Below are positions 1-8,992 of a stretch of 29,758 nucleotides of DNA, piece after piece (position 1 is the stretch's first letter; each line of letters opens with the position of its first letter). Location: positions 4,132 through 33,889 of the forward strand of contig PBHC01000011.1 of NCBI GenBank assembly GCA_002719295.1, in the 5' to 3' direction. The notes beneath the pieces are model-generated. The model did no database searches, was not told where the DNA came from, and saw nothing but the letters and a program-made list of their open reading frames with translations. The position numbers and the translations under genes are program-made. The stretch is from Chloroflexota bacterium (GTDB taxonomy: Bacteria; Chloroflexota; Dehalococcoidia; Lucifugimonadales; Lucifugimonadaceae).

Positions 1-120
1 GTTTTAAGTAATTTAGATGGAATCATTCAAGCTAATAAAGACAAAACTGAGTGGGTCAAAAGTTATAGAGAAAAAGCTAAGAGCTTAAAAGATAAGGCAA
101 AAGATCTTTTAAACAAATAA
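1..120 (+). CDS. 3' end of a truncated CDS (VLSNLDGIIQANKDKTEWVKSYREKAKSLKDKAKDLLNK*); product uncertain
   Basis: Frame 1 is open from the window edge to TAA at 118-120 and encodes a charged helical tail. It loosely resembles cyclodeaminase/cyclohydrolase C-termini but is too short to assign. Confidence 0.6.
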   Translation, partial: VLSNLDGIIQANKDKTEWVKSYREKAKSLKDKAKDLLNK

Positions 121-132
121 TTTTTGGAGATT

Positions 133-208
133 TGGTGGAGCCTGGGAGGATCGAACTCCCGACCTCTTCCGTGCAAGGGAAGCGCTCTCCCAGCTGAGCT
201 AAGGCCCC
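133..208 (-). tRNA. tRNA-Ala(TGC)
   Basis: Reverse complement reads GGGGCCTTAGCTCAGCTGGGAGAGCG-CTTCC-CT-TGC-AC-GGAAG-AGGTCGGGAGTTCGATCCTCCCAGGCTCCACCA: cloverleaf, G3-U70 pair, encoded CCA. Confidence 0.98.
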
Positions 209-281
209 ATTTAGTTAGAATGCGTATTTGTAATGATAACAAATCAATTATAAATGAATCTATTATTTTAATACTAATTAA

Positions 282-313
282 TGTTGGATAATGTTGGATA
301 TTTTGTTGGATAA
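282..313. repeat. Three direct copies of TGTTGGATA (282-290, 292-300, 304-312)
   Basis: Read directly from the sequence, in the intergenic region upstream of tRNA-Ala. Confidence 0.8.
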
Positions 314-346
314 CTCTTTAGATAGCTAACTGTTCTAATTATTATT

Positions 347-457
347 TTATATAAACATACTAATGAGAACAGTTAATACAAACAGGAAAATAAATATAAT
401 GGCTAAAACGCCAGCAATATATCGTATTATTTTTCTAACTTTAGAATAATCAGTCAT
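347..457 (-). CDS. Putative small single-TM protein, 36 aa (MTDYSKVRKIIRYIAGVLAIIFIFLFVLTVLISMFI)
   Basis: ATG at 457, 14 nt after the panB stop on the same strand. Basic N-terminus followed by a ~23-aa hydrophobic helix; TAA at 349-347. Below the ORF-track length cutoff. Confidence 0.55.
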   Translation of the reverse strand: MTDYSKVRKIIRYIAGVLAIIFIFLFVLTVLISMFI

Positions 458-471
458 AAGGATTTTAAAAT

Positions 472-1239
472 TTATTTATATTTGCTTTTTGTTTCTTTAA
501 CAAAAGAATCAATTGCATTTTGAGCTTTTTCAAATAAATTATCAAAAACCTTTGCATGTTTAGGTAATATATTTGGGCTATATCCTATCAAATCATTGTA
601 AACTTGAACTTGACCATCTGTATATTTACCAGAAGAGATTCCTATAGTAGGGATTGATATATTTTCTGAAATATTTTTTGATAATTTGGAATCAACAAGC
701 TCTAAAACAACAGAGAATGCGCCTGACAATTCTATTCGCTTAGCATCTTCAAATAGATTATCTTCTTCACTTTTATTTTTTCCAACTATTTTATAATCTG
801 AAATATTATTTACAGATTGAGGTTTTATTCCAATATGTCCCATAACTTGTATATTATTTTGAACTAAAAAGTTTATTATTTGAGATTTCTCTTTACCCCC
901 CTCTAGTTTTACTGCGTCTGCTCCTGCGTCTATCAACATCAATGCATTTGAAAGAGCTGATTCATTAGTTTCATAAGTCTTATATGGAAGATCTGCAACC
1001 AATAGTTTACTTATACCAACCCTTGCTATTGATTGGGTGGCCCTTATAATATCATCCAACTTTACACTATTAGTAAACTCATAGCCTAAAGTTGTCATAC
1101 CTAGGCTATCTCCAACTAAAATCATTTCAGCATCTGAGTTATTTACAATATGTCCACTAACAAAATCATATGCTGTAATCATAGTTATGTTACTGGTGTT
1201 TTTTAATTTGATTATTTTTTCTACTGATATTTTATTCAT
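472..1239 (-). CDS. panB: 3-methyl-2-oxobutanoate hydroxymethyltransferase
   Basis: MITAYD, ILVGDSLGM, VADLPY, AVKLEGG, VMGHIG and DGQVQV motifs. Confidence 0.96.
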   Translation of the reverse strand: MNKISVEKIIKLKNTSNITMITAYDFVSGHIVNNSDAEMILVGDSLGMTTLGYEFTNSVKLDDIIRATQSIARVGISKLLVADLPYKTYETNESALSNALMLIDAGADAVKLEGGKEKSQIINFLVQNNIQVMGHIGIKPQSVNNISDYKIVGKNKSEEDNLFEDAKRIELSGAFSVVLELVDSKLSKNISENISIPTIGISSGKYTDGQVQVYNDLIGYSPNILPKHAKVFDNLFEKAQNAIDSFVKETKSKYK

Positions 1240-2077
1240 TCTTTACTACAAAAATCACATTATCAATTAGCCTTACTTCTCCAATAAACACTGCTACAAG
1301 GATCACAAATTCTTCTTGAATTTTATCTATAATTTCAAAATCATACGGATTTCTTATGGAAACATATTCTATCTTAATTGAATCAAAGGATGCTAAATAC
1401 TCCTTAATGAAATTTATTATTTGCTCAGAATTTTTCTGCCCAGAAATTATTTTTTCAAAAGCTATATTTAGAGATTTTATAATTTCGCAAGCTACGAGTC
1501 TTTCAGCCGATGTAAGTTTTATATTTCTGCTAGAAAGAGCCAATCCTTCTTTATCCCTAACCGTTTTAGATTGAATAATTTCTACAGACATATTTAAGTC
1601 TTTTACAAATGATTTTATTAGTAATAATTGTTGATAATCTTTTTCTCCAAAAATAGCATAATCTGGAAGAATTATATTAAATAATTTTGTAACTATAGTC
1701 GCAACTCCCTCCATATGCCCTTTTCTATATTGACCTTCAAGGGAATTTGATAAGGAGTTTACTCTAACTGTTGTATCAAATCCGTCAGGATAAACTTCTG
1801 AAAGAGAAGGACAGAATAATATATCTACTCCATTCTTTTGAAGGATTTCCACATCTTTATCAAAATCTTTTGGATAAGAATTATAATCTTCAGTATTATT
1901 AAATTGGATAGGATTAACAAAAATAGTTGCTATTATAATATCCCCATGTTTTTTAGCTGTTTCAACAAGAGATATATGGCCTTCATGAATACTGCCCATA
2001 GTAGGAACTAAAGCTATTTTTTTCGATAATTCATTTCTAAGTTCAATAAATTCAGAAATTGTATTAATTATTTTCAA
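1232..2077 (-). CDS. panC: Pantoate--beta-alanine ligase
   Basis: VPTMGSIHEGH, IFVNPIQF, FGEKDYQQ, GLALSSRN and RLIDN motifs. TTG start; overlaps panB by 8 nt. Confidence 0.96.
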   Translation of the reverse strand: MKIINTISEFIELRNELSKKIALVPTMGSIHEGHISLVETAKKHGDIIIATIFVNPIQFNNTEDYNSYPKDFDKDVEILQKNGVDILFCPSLSEVYPDGFDTTVRVNSLSNSLEGQYRKGHMEGVATIVTKLFNIILPDYAIFGEKDYQQLLLIKSFVKDLNMSVEIIQSKTVRDKEGLALSSRNIKLTSAERLVACEIIKSLNIAFEKIISGQKNSEQIINFIKEYLASFDSIKIEYVSIRNPYDFEIIDKIQEEFVILVAVFIGEVRLIDNVIFVVKNE

Positions 2078-2195
2078 TTTTTCAATCTTGCTTAAATTTT
2101 TCTTTAACCGTTAAAAAATAATTTATAAATTATATTTCAAAATCCTTCAGACAAATTTTAACAAATTTTATTTTTATTGTTAGTTTCTAAGTAAT

Positions 2196-2233
2196 AAAAA
2201 AACGTAGGTAAGAAAATTTCTTACCTACGTTTT
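2196..2233 (-). terminator. Strong intrinsic terminator after the rhodopsin gene
   Basis: Perfect inverted repeat AAAACGTAGGTAAGAA-AAT-TTCTTACCTACGTTTT. The A-run at 2196-2202 gives a U-tract on the minus strand. Confidence 0.9.
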
Positions 2234-2256
2234 AATATAACTATTGAATTCTTAGT

Positions 2257-2940
2257 TTATGAGTCTTGCTTTGCTGCTACCCAAATAACTAATCCAAATG
2301 CAGTTTTGTTTATAAGATCTGCAAAGTTATAAATTATGTTCATTGTTTGAGTTCCATTTGTTACATCAAGCATATTTCCTATTATGTAACCGATAGGGTA
2401 AATTGCCCAACCAACAAGAACTATCATTTTCATAGAATTAAAAGCTGATTGAACTGCCTCATTTTTAGATTCAGCACTTGCTTTAGCTGCGCTTCCTGCA
2501 AAAATAAGATAAACAACTCCAGCCCAACCTACCATACCAATGATAAATCCAATTACTTCGTTTATCACATCCATTTCACCCAATAATCCTCCAACTAGCA
2601 TAACTATGCTGGCTGCAAGTAATTGCCAAAATATTCCTCTAGTGACTTTTCCTACTACCTTCAGTATCAAATAGAATTCTACTATTTGTAAAGGAACTGT
2701 TACTAGCCAATCAATATACCTTAATTGAGTTAGGGTTCCTGACTGAAGAGCTCCAGCCCATACGTCTCGCATGTAGAAGTAGTGGAAAAAAGCAATAAAA
2801 GTAACTAATCCTGCTACTGTTACTGAAGTTCTCCATTTAGCAGATACTTCTCCTCTTTCAAAAAAGAAAAAGACTGCAGAGCAAAGCATAGCAGCGGTTC
2901 CGAAATAAAAGCTAAACTGCGTTAAACTATTTATATCCAT
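2257..2940 (-). CDS. Proteorhodopsin-family light-driven proton pump (DTE motif, Gln at the spectral-tuning site)
   Basis: Seven hydrophobic helices; RYIDWLVTVPLQIVEF (D77/T81/Q85/E88), H53, GWAIYP, and ADLINKTAFG with Schiff-base K212. SD GGAGG at 2950-2946. Confidence 0.97.
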   Translation of the reverse strand: MDINSLTQFSFYFGTAAMLCSAVFFFFERGEVSAKWRTSVTVAGLVTFIAFFHYFYMRDVWAGALQSGTLTQLRYIDWLVTVPLQIVEFYLILKVVGKVTRGIFWQLLAASIVMLVGGLLGEMDVINEVIGFIIGMVGWAGVVYLIFAGSAAKASAESKNEAVQSAFNSMKMIVLVGWAIYPIGYIIGNMLDVTNGTQTMNIIYNFADLINKTAFGLVIWVAAKQDS

Positions 2941-3071
2941 TAAATCCTCCCAAAGTTTATTTTTCGCCCTCAGGTATATAGTCTACTTTATTTGTCAAGA
3001 AATTTTCAACTTTTTATATTTGAAACAAAAAAAATATTCATATTTTAATAATTCAAATGTATATTCTTAAT

Positions 3072-3716
3072 ATGATTACTAAAGAACATAAAAGTGAAAA
3101 TTTAAATTTTATAACTTCAGTACCAGAAAATTACTCTCCTGATAAAAGTTATGAGATTTTTTTCTTAATGCATGGATTCGGTGCTAGTATGCATGATTTA
3201 GTAAGTTTAGCCCCTCATATTAATCAAAATGACTTTATATATGTATTTCCAAATGCTCCAATAGAAATAAATATTGGATTTTCACAAAAAGGGTATGCTT
3301 GGTTTCCCATCGAATCAAAAAATTATTATGAATCATCATTATTACTTAATAAAACAATTGACGAAGTTTTAGCAATGTTCAATGTTAATAATATTTATAT
3401 TGGAGGTTTTTCTCAAGGTGGAATGATGGCTATACATTCAGGCCTATTTTCAGAAAAAGAATATAGTGGAGTAATAGCACTTAGTTCTAAATTAATTAAT
3501 TCTAACGAATTAAAAATTCAAAAAAACAAACCTAACAATACAAAGTTATTTATAAGTCACGGAAGATTTGACTCCATCATTGATATACAAGAAGGAATAT
3601 CAATGAAAAATATATTAAAGGAATTAGGATTCAAAATAACATTTAATGAGTATGAAATGGCACATGAAATAAGTGCTCAAGTAATTAAAGACTTATCAGA
3701 TTGGATTTCAAAATAA
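3072..3716 (+). CDS. Phospholipase/carboxylesterase-family alpha/beta hydrolase
   Basis: MHGFG, GFSQGG nucleophile, HGRFD and MAHEI triad motifs. The start is either ATG 3057 or ATG 3072. Confidence 0.88.
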   Translation: MITKEHKSENLNFITSVPENYSPDKSYEIFFLMHGFGASMHDLVSLAPHINQNDFIYVFPNAPIEINIGFSQKGYAWFPIESKNYYESSLLLNKTIDEVLAMFNVNNIYIGGFSQGGMMAIHSGLFSEKEYSGVIALSSKLINSNELKIQKNKPNNTKLFISHGRFDSIIDIQEGISMKNILKELGFKITFNEYEMAHEISAQVIKDLSDWISK

Positions 3717-3769
3717 TTATTGGGGAAAAGATAGAATTCATATAAATATAAATTATTTAGGGGGAATAT

Positions 3770-4450
3770 ATGAGTTCTAAAGGAACTGGTTATACTCTTG
3801 GTCTTGGAATATTGGTTGCTTTTATAGGTTATATCCTATGGCAAATCACTATTGGAATAGATACTAAGAGTGATGACATTACCACAATATTAATGAATAG
3901 CGGTGATGGTTCAGCAATGATAAAAACTGCCTCAATACTTATCTGTATTGGAATGGTTGTTCATGTTGTTGGATTGGTTAGCACTAAAGGCACTGCAGCT
4001 GGAACTATGGAAACAATAGGTATATACAGTATTGTTACAGCTATAGCATTATGGATAACCAATATAGGATTAGGTTTGTCATTAGCAGAAATGGGAGAAA
4101 AATTTTCTGCTGCTATGGCAGGAGGAGATGCTGCTACAGCTGGCACTATAGCAACTGCAGCTGGATTTTCTCAGGCAGCTAATGTAGCTACATCAACTAT
4201 GGGAGCGTTGTTTGCAGGTATTGGATGGCTTTGTCTAGGAATTGCTTATAGAGATGCTGAAGTAAAAGGAGTTATCTCTTTCATTCCACTAAGCATGTTA
4301 GCAATTGTTATGGGATTAATTTTGATTATTTCAAATATAATAATCACTTCACTAGTAAGCGTTGAAGCTGCTAGTCAAATCTCAGGAATAGGATTTATTC
4401 TAATAGTTATTTGGTCTCTATCTAGAGGTTTTGAAATAGCAAAAAACTAA
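3770..4450 (+). CDS. Uncharacterised ~6-TM membrane protein with an Ala/Gly-rich central loop
   Basis: Multiple hydrophobic segments, a G-rich SD upstream and its own terminator. Resembles the protein at 11667-12452. Confidence 0.85.
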   Translation: MSSKGTGYTLGLGILVAFIGYILWQITIGIDTKSDDITTILMNSGDGSAMIKTASILICIGMVVHVVGLVSTKGTAAGTMETIGIYSIVTAIALWITNIGLGLSLAEMGEKFSAAMAGGDAATAGTIATAAGFSQAANVATSTMGALFAGIGWLCLGIAYRDAEVKGVISFIPLSMLAIVMGLILIISNIIITSLVSVEAASQISGIGFILIVIWSLSRGFEIAKN

Positions 4451-4462
4451 AGTAGAGATAAT

Positions 4463-4507
4463 AAAAAAAAAGTCTTATCTAATAAAAAAAAGATAGGGCT
4501 TTTTTTT
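4463..4507 (+). terminator. Intrinsic terminator
   Basis: AGTCTTATCT-(10 nt)-AGATAGGGCT stem with two G-U pairs, flanked by an A-run and a T-run. Confidence 0.8.
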
Positions 4508-4607
4508 ATTAATAAATTCTTACATAGTCCATTAAAGTTAAAAAAATCAAAAAAATTTATTTGAATTTTTACCATATCAAGGTAAATTTAAAAAAGCTCT
4601 CATTTAA

Positions 4608-4681
4608 TCCCGGGTAGTCTAATGGTAGGACAGAGGACTTTGACTCCTCCAGTCCTGGTTCGAATCCAGGCCCGGGAGCCA
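4608..4681 (+). tRNA. tRNA-Gln(TTG)
   Basis: TCCCGGG...GAGGA-CT-TTG-AC-TCCTC...GGTTCGAATCC...CCCGGGA-G-CCA. Confidence 0.97.
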
Positions 4682-4687
4682 ACTTTT

Positions 4688-5803
4688 TTATCCCATTTCT
4701 TGATCTACTGAAAGCTTGAATTCAGATAAATCATGACCGGTTATTGTACTCCAAGGAGTCTCAACAACATAATGGTCTTTTCCTACCTCAACTAGCGGAG
4801 GTCGTTCTTTAGTATATTTATGATTTTTTCTTACTGGCAATGGAGTTCTTGTCTGGAATACATCTCCAACAGGAGGATTTACAGGTGAAACTACCTCACC
4901 AGGAAGCACTATCTCATCTCTTTCAATATCTGGATGAGAAGGCAAAGCGGCAGAAATCAACGCATTTGTATACAAATGAGTTGGGTTTGCAAATATAGCT
5001 TCAGTATCACCATATTCTTGTACAACTCCTAAATACATCACAGCTGTTCTATGGCACATGTATCTTACTGTTGCTAAATTATGAGCTATAAGAATATATG
5101 CTAAGTTATGCTCTTTCTGCAGATCTACTAAAATATTCATTATTTGAGCTCTAATGGATACATCCAATGCAGAAACTGGCTCGTCTAACACAATAAGTTT
5201 TGGATTAAGAGCTAATGCTCTAGCTATTCCAATTCTTTGCCTTTGTCCACCTGAAAATTCATGAGGATATAGATTTCCTTGGTATGGATTAAGCCCTACT
5301 TCTGCTAGTAAATCACCTGCTCGAGTATCTCTTTCTTTTTTAGTCATTGTAGTATTTATTTCTAAAGGCTCACCAATGATTGTATTTACTCTCATTCTTG
5401 GATTTAAAGATGACCATGGATCTTGGAACACTGCCTGTACAGATCTTCTCATTTCTCTTCTTCCTGCGGAACTAAGAGTTGTCACGTCTTGACCTTCAAA
5501 ATATATACTTCCAACTGGTACACCACCATCAGTAGAAGGATCTTCTAATCCTAAAACCATCTTTGCAGTTGTAGTTTTTCCACAACCTGATTCTCCAACA
5601 AGACCAACTGTTTGACCTGCTGGAACATCAAAAGATACATCATCCACAGCCTTTAGCCAATCATGAGATCCTATGATAGGCAGACCTTTGTTTACTTGGT
5701 ACCATTTCCTGATATTTCTAACCTGAATTATTGGATCTCCATCATTAGAACATCCTATGGCTTCAGGAACACTTGAATAATCTCTTTTTTCTTCTGTAGT
5801 CAT
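4688..5803 (-). CDS. Oligopeptide/dipeptide ABC transporter ATP-binding subunit (OppF/DppF-like)
   Basis: GESGCGKTT, FQDPWSSLNPR, YPHEFSGGQRQR and LDEPVSALD motifs, plus an oligoHPY-like tail. Confidence 0.93.
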   Translation of the reverse strand: MTTEEKRDYSSVPEAIGCSNDGDPIIQVRNIRKWYQVNKGLPIIGSHDWLKAVDDVSFDVPAGQTVGLVGESGCGKTTTAKMVLGLEDPSTDGGVPVGSIYFEGQDVTTLSSAGRREMRRSVQAVFQDPWSSLNPRMRVNTIIGEPLEINTTMTKKERDTRAGDLLAEVGLNPYQGNLYPHEFSGGQRQRIGIARALALNPKLIVLDEPVSALDVSIRAQIMNILVDLQKEHNLAYILIAHNLATVRYMCHRTAVMYLGVVQEYGDTEAIFANPTHLYTNALISAALPSHPDIERDEIVLPGEVVSPVNPPVGDVFQTRTPLPVRKNHKYTKERPPLVEVGKDHYVVETPWSTITGHDLSEFKLSVDQEMG

Positions 5804-5825
5804 TTTTTCCTCTCGAATTATTTGT

Positions 5826-6908
5826 TTAATACGAAACTAAATCTTTATACTTATCAAAGTCAGCTACTGAACATCTAGACATTTGAACAAAATGATTTGG
5901 TTTAACTTCCACTAATTCCGGTCTAATATTTGCATCTTTTTCATCATATTTCAATGGTGACCTAGGTGCGAAAGAATCTCCGGGAGGCAAGTTATATAAC
6001 AACGGAGGTTGTCCTTCAATTTGAGGCAATCTTCCTGTTTTTTCTTCTAATTTTGGAACAGATCCAATAAGAGCCTTAGTATACTCGTGAAGAGGATTAT
6101 TGAAAATTTCTCTTACATCAGCCATTTCAACAATTCTTCCAGCGTACATTACAGCAACTCTGTCACACATTTTTGCCACTATACCAAAATCATGAGTAAT
6201 AAATATAATTGCAGCACCTGTTTCAGCTTGTATTTGCTTCAATAATCTTAAATAAGCAGCTTGAATAGTAACATCAAGAGATGTAGTAGGTTCATCAGCA
6301 ATAATTACAGAAGGATTTGAGGATATACCTATTGCTCCAACAACTCTCTGTCTCATTCCTCCTGAAAGTTGATGAGGATAATCTCTAGCCCTAGTATCTG
6401 GCGCAGGTATTCTAACTTTTCTCAAAGCATCTACAACCTTATTCCATCTACTCTTTCCTTTTAGACCTTGATGGATTCCTATAGCTTCACCTACTTGGTC
6501 ATTAATATCAAATACTGGATTTAATGCTTGCATAGGATCTTGAAGGATCATAGAAATTTCGCCACCTCTAACCTTTGTCATTTCTTTTTCTGATAGTTCT
6601 AAAATATTTCTACCATTAAGAATAACTTCACCACCAGCAATAAGTCCTGGAGGAGATTGAATAAGTCTCATTATGGATAAAGCTGTAACAGATTTACCAG
6701 AACCTGATTCTCCAACAACTCCAAGGGTCTCACCTTTTCTTACTGAATAAGAAACTCCATCACAAGCTTTTACTGTACCCCATTTTGTAGTGAAATGTGT
6801 TTGTAGATTTTTTAATTCAAGTACAACTTCATCCCTAACAGTAGATGGACCAAATCCATCTCTGTCAATCGATTCATTTTGTACTTTTGAATCTGATTTT
6901 TTAGCCAT
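5826..6908 (-). CDS. Oligopeptide/dipeptide ABC transporter ATP-binding subunit (OppD/DppD-like)
   Basis: GESGSGKSVT, QDPMQALNP, YPHQLSGGMRQR and ADEPTTSLD motifs. ATG 6908 with SD AGAGG is preferred over TTG 6914. Confidence 0.93.
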   Translation of the reverse strand: MAKKSDSKVQNESIDRDGFGPSTVRDEVVLELKNLQTHFTTKWGTVKACDGVSYSVRKGETLGVVGESGSGKSVTALSIMRLIQSPPGLIAGGEVILNGRNILELSEKEMTKVRGGEISMILQDPMQALNPVFDINDQVGEAIGIHQGLKGKSRWNKVVDALRKVRIPAPDTRARDYPHQLSGGMRQRVVGAIGISSNPSVIIADEPTTSLDVTIQAAYLRLLKQIQAETGAAIIFITHDFGIVAKMCDRVAVMYAGRIVEMADVREIFNNPLHEYTKALIGSVPKLEEKTGRLPQIEGQPPLLYNLPPGDSFAPRSPLKYDEKDANIRPELVEVKPNHFVQMSRCSVADFDKYKDLVSY

Positions 6909-7015
6909 TCTCAATCCTCTTATAAATTAATTTTTTTTGAGTCTTTTAATAAGTTACTGTAAACATATCATAAAAGAATTAAAAAAATAGTAAGAAAAAA
7001 GTACTTTAATTGATT

Positions 7016-8377
7016 TTAAACTTCTTTTTCAATCTTGTTTATTGCAGATGCTAAACCATCTACCAAGAAATCTATTTCATCCTTATTAATATTTAGAGGA
7101 GGACAAAGTGAAATTATGTCTCCAGCTCTAAATGTAAAAATATTGCTTTCATTTAAATACGTAGGTATCTTTTTCTGTATTTCAATTGAATCTGGAAGTT
7201 TTTTCTTAGATTTTTTATCACTAACTAGCTCTATAGCTGCAAGAAGACCTAATCCCCTAACATCTCCAACTATTTTAGAACTCATTAAACCTTGAAGTTT
7301 ATTCAGTAAATATTCTCCCATATTTTTGGAATTATCAACTAAATTTTCTCTTTCATAAATTTCTAGATTTTTTAGACCTGCTGCACATGATGCAGGGTGC
7401 CCACCAAATGTTATTAGATGTAAAAACATTTCTTTTTCTGTTCCTATAAACGAATCTGCTATTTTTTTGGTCGCTATCGCAGCTCCCAAAGGGGAGTATC
7501 CGCTAGTTAATGATTTTGCTACAGTAGTAATATCAGGCATCATATCCCAATGATCTGTAGCAAAATATTTACCTGTTCTACCAAATCCTGTTATGACCTC
7601 ATCAGCAATTAAAACAACATTATATTTATCAGCTATTTCTCTAAGCCTTTGCCAATACTCTTTTGGCGGAATGTGTATGCCAAAAGCTACAGAAATAGGC
7701 TCAGCAATCATTGCAGCTACACTATCAGGCCCAGTGTGCAGTATCGCTTCTTCAAATTGATTAGCACAATAGATAGCGTAATCCACTGAGTTCATATTGT
7801 TAGGAATTCTGTAAGAATCCCAATTTTGAACATGAATTGCTCCAGGCATTTCTGGACCCATTGTGTCTGAAGTAGACGGTTTACCTAGACTAACTGCCAT
7901 AGCCGTTGCTCCGTGATAAGAATATCTTCTTGAAATAATTTTATATGCTCCTGATTTCCCGGTATTCATCTGGTATTTTTTTGCCATTTTCACAGCAGTT
8001 TCAACAGATTCAGATCCACCTGAAGTAAAGAATGATCGTGCGTATTTATCAGGATATATTTCAGCAATTTTTGCTGCTAATTCTATTTGAGGGATACAAG
8101 CAGCCATAGCTGGAGGTGTTTCAATTTCACATATTTGTTCATACATTGCTTGGCCGATTTCTGCCCTACCGTATCCTGCACCCTTAAACCATAAACCTCC
8201 AGTTGAATCTAAATATTTATTATCATTAATATCTGTAACCCATACTCCTTCACCTTTTACAAATATCCTTAGATCTCCTGCCCAATCATTTATTTGTTGA
8301 GCATGCATAAACAAATTTTGAGATGCCAAACTTTGTAATTCTTCTATTTTTTCTCCATTAATTGACAATTCATTCAT
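7016..8377 (-). CDS. Class III PLP-dependent aminotransferase (omega-amine/taurine:pyruvate-like)
   Basis: SGGSESVE, SYHGAT, IADEVITGFGRTG and VAKSLTSGY (PLP lysine) motifs. Substrate not determinable from sequence. Confidence 0.92.
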   Translation of the reverse strand: MNELSINGEKIEELQSLASQNLFMHAQQINDWAGDLRIFVKGEGVWVTDINDNKYLDSTGGLWFKGAGYGRAEIGQAMYEQICEIETPPAMAACIPQIELAAKIAEIYPDKYARSFFTSGGSESVETAVKMAKKYQMNTGKSGAYKIISRRYSYHGATAMAVSLGKPSTSDTMGPEMPGAIHVQNWDSYRIPNNMNSVDYAIYCANQFEEAILHTGPDSVAAMIAEPISVAFGIHIPPKEYWQRLREIADKYNVVLIADEVITGFGRTGKYFATDHWDMMPDITTVAKSLTSGYSPLGAAIATKKIADSFIGTEKEMFLHLITFGGHPASCAAGLKNLEIYERENLVDNSKNMGEYLLNKLQGLMSSKIVGDVRGLGLLAAIELVSDKKSKKKLPDSIEIQKKIPTYLNESNIFTFRAGDIISLCPPLNINKDEIDFLVDGLASAINKIEKEV

Positions 8378-8482
8378 ATCAAAACTCTTCTACTATTTAT
8401 TGATTTAATATAAATATATAAAAAAAATTATAAATAACAAAGTTTAGAACAAAATTATTATATTTTTTGAAATAATAAAATT

Positions 8483-8950
8483 ATGGTTATTTTTTCTAAA
8501 AGTGGTGATTTTTTTCAATTATCTGTAGAGCAAAAAGTACCTCAAAAAATAGAGGATGTATTTTCATTTTTTGAAACACCAAAAAACTTAAACCTCATAA
8601 CCCCTCCTTGGCTAAATTTCAAGATAATACCTCCGGTTCCCGAAACTACTTACGAAGGGCTAGAAATTTCTTACAGGTTAAGTCTTCATAAGTTTCCTAT
8701 GTTTTGGAAAAGCAGAATAATAAATTACGAAAAAAATAAATTCTTTTGTGACAAGCAGATTTTGGGACCATATTTATTTTGGGAGCATACCCATACTTTT
8801 ACTTCAGACGGAGAAAGCACAATAATAAATGATGAAGTGAAATACAAGGTTCTATTTGGAAATATTATAAATAGACTTTTCGTAAGGAAAGATCTTAAAA
8901 AAATTTTTAAATATAGGTATAAAAAAATAGAAGAAGTATTTAAAAAATAG
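8483..8950 (+). CDS. SRPBCC (START-like) ligand-binding protein
   Basis: VFSFF..PKNL..ITPP, W.S.I, F.D.Q..GPY..W.HTHTF and IFKYR pattern. Confidence 0.85.
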   Translation: MVIFSKSGDFFQLSVEQKVPQKIEDVFSFFETPKNLNLITPPWLNFKIIPPVPETTYEGLEISYRLSLHKFPMFWKSRIINYEKNKFFCDKQILGPYLFWEHTHTFTSDGESTIINDEVKYKVLFGNIINRLFVRKDLKKIFKYRYKKIEEVFKK

Positions 8951-8966
8951 TACAGACTTCCCAAAC

Positions 8967-8978
8967 GTGCTTTATAAT
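8967..8978 (+). promoter_or_regulatory. Probable -10 element of the tRNA-Asn promoter
   Basis: TATAAT at 8973-8978, 14 nt before the tRNA; no clear -35. Confidence 0.5.
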
Positions 8979-8992
8979 TGATATAGAATTAT

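Noticed and set aside
2970..2998. Canonical promoter for the rhodopsin gene
   Set aside because: A perfect TTGACA is present at 2998-2993, but no TANNNT lies at 16-18 nt spacing, so a full promoter cannot be called.
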